Assembly: GCA_905198865.1 (NCBI GenBank)
Contig: CAJKEB010000004.1
Span: forward strand, 2,117-66,116
Length of the DNA stretch: 64,000 nt
Direction of reading: 5' to 3'
From: an uncultured Eubacteriales bacterium
Lineage (GTDB): Bacteria > Bacillota > Clostridia > Monoglobales > Monoglobaceae
This document shows, in pieces, positions 47,815 through 57,667 of the stretch; within the stretch, counting starts at the first letter, position 1; each line of letters begins with the position of its first letter. The notes under the pieces are model-generated. The model ran no database searches, had not been told where the DNA came from, and saw only the letters and a list, made by a program, of their open reading frames with translations. The position numbers and the translations under genes are program-made.

Positions 47815-49107
47815 TTATTTTCTTTCTTTAACAGCAAGACCGTGCGTGTCAAAGCCTTCAACCTTTGCAAAACGATAAGCATATTCTCTCACCATTTCAA
47901 AACCGGCTTTGCTTGCATAGCCCACAGATGAACGCTTAAGAAAATCCATTACCGATACACTTGAATATGTTTTTGCAAACTGTCCGGTCGGAAGTATTGC
48001 ATTAGGACCGAGAACAAAGTTACAAAGTGTAACCGGAGTGTATTCGCCCAAAAGAATTTCACCGGCGTTCTTTATCTTAGGCAAAACCGTGAACGGCTCA
48101 TCTGTCATGACCTCCATGTGCTCCGGAGCATAGTCGTTCACAAAGTCAATGCTTTCCTGGAGGCTGTTTGTGATAATCGCGCCGCCGTAGGTGTTAAAGT
48201 TTGTTGTAACAAATTCACGGCGCTTATCTGAAATTTTTTCGAGCTGTCTTTCGACGATTTTTGCGGCTTTATTTACAAGGTCTTCGCTGTTTGTAACCAA
48301 AAGCGCCGCTGAGTCTGGACCGTGTTCAGCCTCAATCATCCAGTCAAGAGCAACCTTTTCGGGATCTGCATTTTCATCAGCGAGGATAATACATTCGCTC
48401 GGACCGGCAGGCAGACCTGAATCAATATAGTTTGCCAATACACGCTTTGCAGCAGTTGCATATGTATTTCCGGGGCCTATTATTTTGTGGCACTTCGGAA
48501 TAGTTTCTGTTCCGTAAGCAACAGAGGCAACCGCCTGAATACCGCCGACTTTATAGATTTCCGAAACACCGATTATCTTAGCGGCGGCAAGAATTGCATC
48601 ATCAACATTACCCTGCTCATTCGGAGGAGTTACAACAACTATCTTTTTAACTCCGGCAACAACAGCAGGTGTTGCAAGCATACACAATACCGACGGAAAG
48701 CTGCCTTTGCCGCGCGGAACATAAAGACAAACATCAACGATAGGCGTGGTCTTTTCACCAACAAGCAATCCCTTGTCAACTTCGGTAAACCACATCTCTT
48801 CAGGCATCTGTTTTGAGTGGAAGTTTCGTATATTCTTAACCGCATATTCAATAGCTTCGCGCGTTTCTGAATCAAGGTTGTTATATCCTGCTTCGATTTC
48901 TTCAGGTTTAACCTTCATTTGGTCTGCTGTCAGAGTTACATGGTCAAACTTTGCAGTGTATTCAAGTACTGCTTCATCGCCGCGTTTTCTGATATCATCA
49001 GATACCTCGCGGGCAATCTTCATCTGCTCGGAAATGTCGGTCTCAGCGCGCTTCATGATAAACTCTCTCTTTTCAGGCGTCAACTCGGATAACTTATAAA
49101 TATTCAT
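47815..49107 (-). CDS. hisD: Divergent histidinol dehydrogenase-family protein
   Basis: YVPRG, GGIQA, GPGN.Y, AGPSE, EAEHGPDS, APEH, EGFDTH; canonical GDY..G.NH is CNF..GPNA here. Confidence 0.78.
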   Translation of the reverse strand: MNIYKLSELTPEKREFIMKRAETDISEQMKIAREVSDDIRKRGDEAVLEYTAKFDHVTLTADQMKVKPEEIEAGYNNLDSETREAIEYAVKNIRNFHSKQMPEEMWFTEVDKGLLVGEKTTPIVDVCLYVPRGKGSFPSVLCMLATPAVVAGVKKIVVVTPPNEQGNVDDAILAAAKIIGVSEIYKVGGIQAVASVAYGTETIPKCHKIIGPGNTYATAAKRVLANYIDSGLPAGPSECIILADENADPEKVALDWMIEAEHGPDSAALLVTNSEDLVNKAAKIVERQLEKISDKRREFVTTNFNTYGGAIITNSLQESIDFVNDYAPEHMEVMTDEPFTVLPKIKNAGEILLGEYTPVTLCNFVLGPNAILPTGQFAKTYSSVSVMDFLKRSSVGYASKAGFEMVREYAYRFAKVEGFDTHGLAVKERK

Positions 49108-49162
49108 AACTTGCTCCTTTATATGTAAGTTTTATTATAAACTAAATTATACATTTCAAATT

Positions 49163-49191
49163 ATTATATAATAAAATCAGATAAAGTTCAA
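49163..49191 (-). promoter_or_regulatory. SigA promoter of the hisD-like operon
   Basis: TTGAAC-17-TATAAT. Confidence 0.55.
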
Positions 49192-49231
49192 GCCTTTTAC
49201 AGAAATTTTTTACAGTTGGAACACCTAAATT

Positions 49232-49259
49232 AAAGGACTGCCGTTTAAGACAGTCCTTT
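49232..49259 (-). terminator. Intrinsic terminator of the clp gene
   Basis: AAAGGACTG...CAGTCCTTT. Confidence 0.7.
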
Positions 49260-49262
49260 GTA

Positions 49263-51680
49263 CTAAATTATTTCAACAAAAATATTATTTTCTTTTACGC
49301 CGACTTTTACTTTATCACCATGCCTGATTTCATTCTTAATTATCATCTGTGCAAGTTTATCTTCGATTTGCTTTTCGATGTAACGGCGCATTGGTCTTGC
49401 TCCGTAGGCTTTGTTATACGAGTTTTCAAGAACATATTCCTTTGCTTCCCGGGTGACTTCCATAGTGATTTCCTTTTCTCTAAGTCCGTCGTTTAAATCA
49501 TTAAGCATAAGATCAACAATTTGAATAAGCTCGTCTTTCTTAAGTTCTTTGAAAATCACGGTTTCATCAACTCTGTTCAAGAATTCCGGTCTGAATAATT
49601 CTTTTAAAGCTCTGTCAATTTTAATCGCCGAGGCTTCATCTTCTTCGTTAAAGCCTACAACATTGGATTTTTTATCGCTTCCGGCATTTGACGTCATGAT
49701 AATAATAGTGTTTTCAAACGAGACAACTCTGCCATGACTGTCAGTAATACGTCCGTCATCGAGGATTTGAAGAAGCATATTGAATACATCCTGATGTGCT
49801 TTTTCGATTTCGTCAAGCAATATAACACTATACGGCTTTCTGCGTATCTTTTCAGTAAGCTGTCCGGCTTCATCATAACCGACATATCCCGGAGGTGAAC
49901 CAATAAGCTTTGAAACCGAATGCTTTTCCATATACTCAGACATATCAAGCCTGATTAATGCATCCTCGCCGTCAAAGACTTCACGTGCAATTTGCTTTGC
50001 AAGTTCGGTCTTACCAACGCCTGTCGGGCCGACAAAAATAAGTGATACAGGTCTGCGCTTTAAGCTTATGCCGGCACGCTTTCTGCGGATTGCTGCCGAA
50101 GCAGCGTCAACTGCCTCATTCTGACCTATTACACCCTTGTGCAGGCGTTCTTCCAAATCGACTAATCTTTCGCTTTCGTATTCCGATATATGTTTAACCG
50201 GGATTTTTGTCCAGTTTTCTATAACAGCCGCAACATCATCGGCCTCTAAATACTTAATGCTTGATTTTTTTAACTCATCAAGCTGAGATGTCAGCTTGAT
50301 TTCCTGAACTTTAAGGTCGGCTGCTTTCTGATAATCATCAGATGAAGCAGCTTCTTCTTTTTCAGCGCGGATTTTTTCAAGCTCCTGCTCGATATTGGCA
50401 AGCTCTATTAATTCTTTATTTTCCAGATTAACTTTTGACGCAGCTTCATCAATAACGTCTATCGCCTTATCGGGTAAAAACCTGTCCTGAATATAGCGCT
50501 CAGCAAGAACTGAGGCGGTTCTTATGATATCATCTGTTATCTTAACCTTGTGATAATCCTCATAATACGACTTGATGCCTTTAAGTATTTCGATGGTCTC
50601 TTCAACAGTAGGTTCATCAACCATTACCGTTTGAAATCTGCGTTCAAGAGCCGAATCCTTCTCAATATACTTTCTGTATTCATCAATCGTTGTAGCGCCG
50701 ATAACCTGAATTTCACCTTTGGAAAGCGCAGGTTTTAATATATTTCCGGCATTCATGCCGCCTTCTGCATCGCCTGCTGAAGCGATGGTATGAATTTCGT
50801 CAATGACGAGGATAATATTCCCGGCTTTTTTGACCTCTTCAATTATGTTTCTGAGCCTTGACTCAAATTGCCCGCGGAACTGCGTTCCGGCAATAACCGA
50901 AGTCATATCAAGAAGGTATATTTCGTATTTCATAAGCTTGCTTGGGACTTCGCCGTTTATTATTTTTAAAGCAAGGCCTTCGGCTATAGCAGTCTTGCCG
51001 ACACCCGGCTCACCTATCAGGCAGGGATTGTTTTTTGTGCGTCTGTTAAGTATCTGTATTGTACGCTCTATCTCTTTATCTCTACCAATAACTGCATCAA
51101 TTTCCCCGTTGCGAGCTTTTGTAGTTAAGTTAATTCCGTACGTGTCAAGCATTTTCTTCTTTTGGCGTTTCTTATTCTCTTTTGTACGTCTTGGGCCGGC
51201 TTTTGCCGCTTCATCATTATCGTTATTCATAAACCGGTTCATAAATTCAAACGGATTTCTCTGTCTGCTTCTGCTCATATTTTCCTCTTTAATAACATCG
51301 GAATCCGAATCGCCTGACGGCATAACAGATGAAGTACCGGTGTCGTCTGCCGGCTCATCTTCTTCGTATTCCTCAGCTTCTGAAATGTCGCCGTCAAACA
51401 GCATATCGTTTACATCGCCCAACTCAGAACGGAGCATGTTTATGCTCTCACCTAAATCAAAGTCATCGCCCATTTCGTCGAGCATACCTTTCATCTCTCT
51501 GTTAAGTCTGTCCATTTCCTCGGGCTCTATTCCCATTTTTTCAAGAATTGAATCGACAGGAGCAAGGTTTAACTCTCTTGCACATGATAAACAATATCCT
51601 TCGTTCTTTTGACTACCGTCGGGTTCAAGTTTTGAAATATATACAACAGCTAAATTTTTATTACATCTACAGCATAGCAT
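49263..51680 (-). CDS. ClpE/ClpC-type AAA+ Clp ATPase with N-terminal C4 zinc finger
   Basis: CxxC..CLSCA, acidic linker, GEPGVGKT, IDEIH, DSALERRF, UVR coil, GPTGVGKT, LDEIEKAH, FRPEFLNR, GARP. Confidence 0.92.
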   Translation of the reverse strand: MLCCRCNKNLAVVYISKLEPDGSQKNEGYCLSCARELNLAPVDSILEKMGIEPEEMDRLNREMKGMLDEMGDDFDLGESINMLRSELGDVNDMLFDGDISEAEEYEEDEPADDTGTSSVMPSGDSDSDVIKEENMSRSRQRNPFEFMNRFMNNDNDEAAKAGPRRTKENKKRQKKKMLDTYGINLTTKARNGEIDAVIGRDKEIERTIQILNRRTKNNPCLIGEPGVGKTAIAEGLALKIINGEVPSKLMKYEIYLLDMTSVIAGTQFRGQFESRLRNIIEEVKKAGNIILVIDEIHTIASAGDAEGGMNAGNILKPALSKGEIQVIGATTIDEYRKYIEKDSALERRFQTVMVDEPTVEETIEILKGIKSYYEDYHKVKITDDIIRTASVLAERYIQDRFLPDKAIDVIDEAASKVNLENKELIELANIEQELEKIRAEKEEAASSDDYQKAADLKVQEIKLTSQLDELKKSSIKYLEADDVAAVIENWTKIPVKHISEYESERLVDLEERLHKGVIGQNEAVDAASAAIRRKRAGISLKRRPVSLIFVGPTGVGKTELAKQIAREVFDGEDALIRLDMSEYMEKHSVSKLIGSPPGYVGYDEAGQLTEKIRRKPYSVILLDEIEKAHQDVFNMLLQILDDGRITDSHGRVVSFENTIIIMTSNAGSDKKSNVVGFNEEDEASAIKIDRALKELFRPEFLNRVDETVIFKELKKDELIQIVDLMLNDLNDGLREKEITMEVTREAKEYVLENSYNKAYGARPMRRYIEKQIEDKLAQMIIKNEIRHGDKVKVGVKENNIFVEII

Positions 51681-51743
51681 AGCATTACCTCCAATAATAG
51701 TTTCGGTATCAGCATACTAAAATTATTTTAAGTACGTCTATGT

Positions 51744-51772
51744 ATTATAACACATCATATTTCATTTAGCAA
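51744..51772 (-). promoter_or_regulatory. SigA promoter of the clp gene
   Basis: TTGCTA-17-TATAAT with TGn. Confidence 0.55.
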
Positions 51773-51839
51773 TACTATAATTTTATCAAGAATAACATCG
51801 TTTGTTTTTTAAAGATTGATTAAAATTACTGTCAAATCG

Positions 51840-51868
51840 TTGACAAAACTAAATTATTATATTATGAT
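51840..51868 (+). promoter_or_regulatory. SigA promoter of the gtrA operon
   Basis: TTGACA-17-TATGAT; the -35 is half of the palindrome TGTCAA-ATCG-TTGACA (51830-51845). Confidence 0.6.
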
Positions 51869-51900
51869 TAAAAAAATATCAATAAGTTTGGTGATAAGTA

Positions 51901-52383
51901 ATGGAAAAAATTATAGAGCTGTATAAAAAAAATAAAGAAAAGTATAAAGAAATAATTTTGTATCTTGTGTTTGGAGTTCTTACAACTATTGTTTCGGTTG
52001 GTCTTTTTTGGCTTCTGCGCGTCTTGTTTGAGTTCATAAGTCACAGCTTTGGCTTTGGCGACTCATTGACTATTCAGAATAATGTGATTATAAACATGTC
52101 CTGCGTTGTATTTAAGAATATAATCGCAATTTTGTTTGCTTATTTCACAAACAGGAAATTTGTTTTTAAGAGCAAGGTTACAGGCTTTAAGCCTGTTCTT
52201 GTTGAAATGATTAACTTCTTCCTTGCGCGACTTTCAACATTGGTGTTTGAAGTTATATTTATGGCGATTACCGTTAACATATTTAACTTAAATGACATGA
52301 TTATGAACATAATCGCTCAATTTGTGATTGTTGTTCTCAACTACATATTCAGCAAGCTCTGGATATTTAAAAAGAAAAATTAA
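51901..52383 (+). CDS. GtrA family protein
   Basis: YLVFGVLTT, FAYFTNRKFVF, VLNYIFSKLWIF. Confidence 0.88.
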   Translation: MEKIIELYKKNKEKYKEIILYLVFGVLTTIVSVGLFWLLRVLFEFISHSFGFGDSLTIQNNVIINMSCVVFKNIIAILFAYFTNRKFVFKSKVTGFKPVLVEMINFFLARLSTLVFEVIFMAITVNIFNLNDMIMNIIAQFVIVVLNYIFSKLWIFKKKN

Positions 52384-52422
52384 AGTTCATAAAAATATTA
52401 CTTTTAAGAATAGGATGATTTT

Positions 52423-53505
52423 ATGAAGAATTCATATAAAATAATTATTGCACTTAGTATTGTTCTGGTAATTGGTGTCGGATTGCTCGGAATTTATCAG
52501 TATAATTCAAATAACAAAAGCAGCGATGACATAGGTCAGGTATCAACTGAGAATACTGAAACTCAGAATAGCGAGGATCAGGAAAACAGCGGGCAGGAAT
52601 CTGATGAAGGAATTATACCGCTTGCTCATATTTTTGAATTCGATAATGTTTTATACGTTACAGAGACTGTTTCCGAACACGCTGACGTGATTGACGCCAA
52701 AACGCTGCCTGTTGAATCTGAACGCTTTGCTGTAATTGACGGTAATGTCTATTATATAACCGTTGGCAATGAAGAATTTGCACCTGAACTCAGAGTGTGT
52801 GACTTAGACGGTAATGATGATAAATCAATAACCGAATTTGTTTCACCGCTCGGTTCTCCCGCTGTGGTCGGAAATTATCTGTATTCCGCATATTACGGCG
52901 TTGATAGCAATGATGAAAATGCTGGTATATTCAGAGTTGATTTAACCAAATCCGATGATGATATGATTTATGAGAAGATAGCTGACGGAGAGTATTATAT
53001 ATACGGATATGATAATGAATATATATACTATGCCGCAAATGATGCAAGCACCGGAACTGTTTTGTACAGAATGACTTTAAACGGAGAAAACGGCACAGAA
53101 ATACTCAATTTTAAATCAAAGTCTGACAATATCGTCATTGATAAGAAATATGTGTTTTTCTCGGCATATGACGATATCAGCCACAGCTATAAAATCTATC
53201 GCTCACCGAAAGACGGCAGGGGAAATATTGACGCATATTCATTTGAATGCCTAAACGGTCAGTTTGACGTAATTGATAACCGTTTGTACTATCAGGCGGA
53301 TTCTTCAATTTATTCTTCGGAGTTAAACGGTAATGATGAAACAAAAGTTATTTCTCTCGAAGAAAACAGTCTGTACGCATACAATTTTCTGAAGTTCGGC
53401 GACATATTGTATTTCTATGAAAAACAAAACGAATCGTACAGCGATATCGATGTCATGTTCAGACTTGATATGACAACTGCCGAGAAAAGTAATATTTCAA
53501 GATAG
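52423..53505 (+). CDS. Membrane-anchored DUF5050-like beta-propeller protein
   Basis: N-terminal TM helix, acidic linker, repeated (I/L)YY...(I/L)YR..L.G.. blades. Confidence 0.65.
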   Translation: MKNSYKIIIALSIVLVIGVGLLGIYQYNSNNKSSDDIGQVSTENTETQNSEDQENSGQESDEGIIPLAHIFEFDNVLYVTETVSEHADVIDAKTLPVESERFAVIDGNVYYITVGNEEFAPELRVCDLDGNDDKSITEFVSPLGSPAVVGNYLYSAYYGVDSNDENAGIFRVDLTKSDDDMIYEKIADGEYYIYGYDNEYIYYAANDASTGTVLYRMTLNGENGTEILNFKSKSDNIVIDKKYVFFSAYDDISHSYKIYRSPKDGRGNIDAYSFECLNGQFDVIDNRLYYQADSSIYSSELNGNDETKVISLEENSLYAYNFLKFGDILYFYEKQNESYSDIDVMFRLDMTTAEKSNISR

Positions 53506-53521
53506 TAACATATAATAAGTT

Positions 53522-53557
53522 AAACAGACTGCGGAATTTTATACCGCAGTCTGTTTT
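53522..53557. terminator. Bidirectional terminator
   Basis: AAACAGACTGCGG/CCGCAGTCTGTTT. Confidence 0.8.
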
Positions 53558-53562
53558 TGTGC

Positions 53563-55563
53563 TTAATTCGCCTGCTTAATTATTCCTTCCCGATATGCAC
53601 AGAGGAGCGCTTCCAGGTCTCTAATCTGTTCTTTAATCAACTGTCCCTGATCGGTATCATATACCATTTTCCGTTTTCCGGCTTTTTCAAGAACAACGGT
53701 TTTAGAGTGAATGTCAAGCTCTTCCCGTACTGCTTTTTCCTTAGACTCAAACGGCTCATGCGATGCGAGAATCAACCCGTGCGAGTTGAACAATAATGTA
53801 TAACCGGCAATTCCGGTTTTAGGCTGATACCCCTTCGAAAGTCCGCCGTCGATAACAAACAGTTTGCCTCCGGCCTTTATTGGACTTTGACCTTTCTTTA
53901 TCTCTACGGGTACATGACCGTTTATAATATGTGACATTGCCGGTTTAAGTCCGAATTCCTTAAGAATTTTGATACAAATATCACGTTTCTCCACATTTTT
54001 ATAATACGGATTCTTAACTTCAATATGTAATTTCGGGTCATCAATAAAATACTGTTCAAACGTAGTAATTTTATCTTTTCCGAACAGCGGCGAATTTGGA
54101 CCGCACCATAAATACCACATCAAATCCTCAGCCGCTTTATGCTCCTGAGTTCCGTTTTTGGTTTTTATTCCCTGACGAACTCTGCGGTCAATATCATCAA
54201 GAAGCTTTTTGCCTTTGAGCTTTTTGCCAAACAATTCGACCGAGGCAAACTCACCGTCTTCGTTCATCGGTATACAACCATGAAACATAAGGTTTGAATT
54301 GTATTTGTTGTATATTCCGCCTCTTTCGCACAAAAAATTCATGTGGGTTTTAAGCCGTTCACTTGACATAAACGCGGTTCTCAGTCTTTCCATAACCTCC
54401 TGCTCTTCAGCAGTAAGTTTGTATGGGTCAGAGGGGTCGATTGTCGGAAAGTTTTTATCGCGTAATTCGTATTCTTTACCGTCGATTGTTATAACACCGC
54501 GGTCATAGTCGATTTTATCAAGCAGCAGCCGATCCTCCATGTTGTATTCCGGATGGCGTTTTATAACCTGACCCTCAACTTTGAACTGAATTACAGTAAT
54601 TGCCTTATGTATTTTTGAAATAAGCTTTTCGTCGTGCTTACTGTACTTCGTCATATCTATATGACGGGGAATAAATATTTCGCACGGGTCATTTTCATAC
54701 GCCTGATGTGCAAAAATAGCAAGCGGTCTGATGCTTATACCATACTGACCTTCTATGGTATTCATGTTATCATATCTTGAGCTTAGGCGTATTACGTTTG
54801 CTATGCAGGCAAAACTGCCGCAATATGCCCCCATCCACTCAATGTCATGGTTTCCCCACTGAATATCAACACTGTGATATTTCATCAATGTGTCCATTAT
54901 TATTGCCGCTCCCGGACCTCTGTCATAAATATCGCCAATAATATGAAGACGTGCTATTGCAAGCCTCTGTATCAAATTGGACATTGCAATTATAAAGGCG
55001 TCGGCACGGCCGATTTTTATTATAGTTGCAATAATTTGCTTATAATATTCATTTTTGTCCATCTCATAATCCTGCGAATGAAGAAGCTCATCTATAATAT
55101 AATCAAAGCCCTCTGGAAGAGCCTTTCGAACAACAGAACGAGTATATTTAGAGGCACTGACCTTGCAAACCTCAATAAGTCTGTGAAGTGTTAAGGTATA
55201 CCATTCGTCTAAATCTTCTACTGTTTGTTTTATTATATCCAGCTTTTCTTCAGGATAGTATATAAGCGTTGCAAGCGACTTCCTCTCCGAGTCCGGCAAA
55301 GTATTCTCAAATACCATGTCAATCTTTGACTTTATGACGCCCGAGGCATTTTTTAAAATATGGGTGAAAGACTCATATTCACCGTGTAAATCACTCATAA
55401 AGTGTTCAGTACCCTTGGGCAGATTAAGGATTGCATTTAAGTTAATTATTTCTTCAGAAGCTTTTCGAATTGAGCCATATCGCATATGAAGCAAATTTAA
55501 ATATCTTATATCATGTTCAAATCCGTATTTCTTCTGGAACTCCGTATATTCAGACATTTTCAT
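53563..55563 (-). CDS. fbp: Fructose-1,6-bisphosphatase class 3 (Firmicute type)
   Basis: LNLPKGTEHF.SDLHGE, GDIYDRGP, WGNHD, INGHVP, VIDGG. Confidence 0.94.
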   Translation of the reverse strand: MKMSEYTEFQKKYGFEHDIRYLNLLHMRYGSIRKASEEIINLNAILNLPKGTEHFMSDLHGEYESFTHILKNASGVIKSKIDMVFENTLPDSERKSLATLIYYPEEKLDIIKQTVEDLDEWYTLTLHRLIEVCKVSASKYTRSVVRKALPEGFDYIIDELLHSQDYEMDKNEYYKQIIATIIKIGRADAFIIAMSNLIQRLAIARLHIIGDIYDRGPGAAIIMDTLMKYHSVDIQWGNHDIEWMGAYCGSFACIANVIRLSSRYDNMNTIEGQYGISIRPLAIFAHQAYENDPCEIFIPRHIDMTKYSKHDEKLISKIHKAITVIQFKVEGQVIKRHPEYNMEDRLLLDKIDYDRGVITIDGKEYELRDKNFPTIDPSDPYKLTAEEQEVMERLRTAFMSSERLKTHMNFLCERGGIYNKYNSNLMFHGCIPMNEDGEFASVELFGKKLKGKKLLDDIDRRVRQGIKTKNGTQEHKAAEDLMWYLWCGPNSPLFGKDKITTFEQYFIDDPKLHIEVKNPYYKNVEKRDICIKILKEFGLKPAMSHIINGHVPVEIKKGQSPIKAGGKLFVIDGGLSKGYQPKTGIAGYTLLFNSHGLILASHEPFESKEKAVREELDIHSKTVVLEKAGKRKMVYDTDQGQLIKEQIRDLEALLCAYREGIIKQAN

Positions 55564-55584
55564 TCCCTCGCTTTTTATATCAAA

Positions 55585-56256
55585 CTACTCAGCATAATCA
55601 GCCTTTCTTTTCTCCTCTATAACCTGTTTCAGCATCATATCTTTAACCTTCATAAGCCGAATCTGAGTCGAACGCTCATTTTCATCAAGCTTCATAGTAA
55701 TATACTTGATTTGCCGCTGATACTCTGGTATCATTACATGCTCAAGCGCATTAACGCGGCGTCTTGTCCTCTCAATTTCTGTTGCCAAAAGCCGGCATGA
55801 CTTTTCACATTCAGCAAGCTTTAACATATCGGGCATTATTTCGTTTAACGACTCAACAGCGTCATCAAGATCTCCGGAGGTAAATGCCAAACCATATGAG
55901 AATATATCATATTTGTTCGGCGTTTTGGTTGTATAGTTAAAAACAGGTATGTCAACACTCATAATATTTTTAGTTGAAACACCAACACTCACTGATTGTT
56001 TCGGGGCAAGCAGGGCGGTTTTTAAAGCAGGTTCATCCATAACCGCCGCTGCCAAAACAAACTTTTCGTTGGCCTCTTTTATTCCGTTTTCAACCTTTTC
56101 GCGCAGCTCTTTGTTGGTGCGTATCAAATCAAGAAACTGACGCATAAGCTCATCTCGCTTATCTTTTAACAGTTTATGACCTCTTACTGCGGTCATCAGC
56201 TTTTTCTTTAACCTGGTGAGTTCCATACGAGTTGGATTGACCTGTGACATCGCCAT
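55585..56256 (-). CDS. ntpD: V/A-type ATPase subunit D
   Basis: NPTRMEL, RGHKLLKDKRDEL, TRRRVNALE. Confidence 0.95.
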   Translation of the reverse strand: MAMSQVNPTRMELTRLKKKLMTAVRGHKLLKDKRDELMRQFLDLIRTNKELREKVENGIKEANEKFVLAAAVMDEPALKTALLAPKQSVSVGVSTKNIMSVDIPVFNYTTKTPNKYDIFSYGLAFTSGDLDDAVESLNEIMPDMLKLAECEKSCRLLATEIERTRRRVNALEHVMIPEYQRQIKYITMKLDENERSTQIRLMKVKDMMLKQVIEEKRKADYAE

Positions 56257-56283
56257 AAAAAAGCCCCCTTTTTACTATTAATC

Positions 56284-57666
56284 TTATTTATCGTCTATTG
56301 AGTGATAGTATTCGTCAAGATATTCATCTTTAATTCTTTTCAGCTCACTTCTCGGCAGAATTGACAGCAAATCCCAGCCAATAGATAAAGTCTCTTCTAT
56401 TTCACGATTAGTCTGATAGCCCTGAGAAACATACCGGTTTTCAAACTCATCGGCAAATTTGGCATACTTTTTATCAATCTCCGTGAGCGCAGCCTCTCCT
56501 AAGATGACCATCAGCTCTTTAGCCTCTTTTCCCCTTGCATATGCCGCAAAAAGCTGATTCATAGTATCTGCATGGTCAGCTCTTGTCTTGTTTTCGCCAA
56601 TACCCTTATCCTTAAGACGTGAAAGAGAAGGCAGCACATCAATAGGCGGCATAACATTTTTTCTGTAAAGCTCGCGTGACAGAATAATCTGGCCTTCAGT
56701 AATATATCCTGTCAAGTCAGGAATAGGATGCGTTTTGTCGTCTTCAGGCATAGTTAAGATAGGTATCATGGTTATTGAACCCTTTTTGCCTCTTTGACGG
56801 CCGGCTCTTTCGTACAGTGTCGCTAAGTCGGTATACATATATCCCGGATAACCACGGCGGCCGGGAACCTCTTTGCGGGCGGCACTTACCTCACGCAGAG
56901 CGTCCGCATAGTTTGTAATATCAGTCAATATTACAAGCACGTGCATATCCTTTTCAAAAGCAAGGTATTCAGCGGCGGTAAGCGCCATTCTCGGCGTCGC
57001 GATACGCTCAACGGCAGGGTCGTTTGCAAGATTTACAAACATTACGGTTCTGTCTATCGCACCGGTCTCACGGAAACTCTCAACAAAAAAGTTCGACTCT
57101 TCAAAAGTGATACCCATTGCCGCAAATACAACCGCAAATTTTTCATCAGTTCCTCTTACTTTCGCCTGTCGTGCGATTTGCGCGGCAAGCTGTGCATGAG
57201 GAAGTCCGCTTGCGGAGAAAATAGGCAGCTTTTGACCGCGTACAAGTGTGTTAAGTCCGTCAATAGCAGAAATTCCTGTCTGAATAAATTCTTCGGGATA
57301 GCTTCTTGCTGCGGGATTCATAGGAAGTCCGTTAATATCAATTCGTTTATCCGGCAAAATATCAGGGCCGTCATCGATTGGCCTGCCTAAACCATCAAAG
57401 ACTCTGCCAAGCATATCAGACGAAACGCCAAGCTCCATGCTTCGTCCGAGAAATCTGACTTTACTCGTTGAAAGATTAATACCAGTGGACGGCTCAAACA
57501 GCTGTACCATTGCATTGCTTCCGTCAATCTCAAGAACTTTGCAGCGGCGCTTTTCACCATTAGACAGAATAATCTCACCAAGGTCATTGTAGTTTACACC
57601 CTCAACGCCTCTGACAAGCATCAGCGGTCCGGCTACTTCTTCAATGGTTCTGTATTCCTTTGGCAT
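56284..57666 (-). CDS. ntpB: V/A-type ATPase subunit B
   Basis: [34 protein letters not shown]. Confidence 0.96.
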   Translation of the reverse strand: MPKEYRTIEEVAGPLMLVRGVEGVNYNDLGEIILSNGEKRRCKVLEIDGSNAMVQLFEPSTGINLSTSKVRFLGRSMELGVSSDMLGRVFDGLGRPIDDGPDILPDKRIDINGLPMNPAARSYPEEFIQTGISAIDGLNTLVRGQKLPIFSASGLPHAQLAAQIARQAKVRGTDEKFAVVFAAMGITFEESNFFVESFRETGAIDRTVMFVNLANDPAVERIATPRMALTAAEYLAFEKDMHVLVILTDITNYADALREVSAARKEVPGRRGYPGYMYTDLATLYERAGRQRGKKGSITMIPILTMPEDDKTHPIPDLTGYITEGQIILSRELYRKNVMPPIDVLPSLSRLKDKGIGENKTRADHADTMNQLFAAYARGKEAKELMVILGEAALTEIDKKYAKFADEFENRYVSQGYQTNREIEETLSIGWDLLSILPRSELKRIKDEYLDEYYHSIDDK

Positions 57667-57667
57667 A

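Noticed and set aside
50803..51612. 269-aa plus-strand ORF, and other antisense ORFs such as 7552-8061 and 20134-20766
   Set aside because: Shadow frames fully overlapping well-supported genes, with no recognisable motifs.
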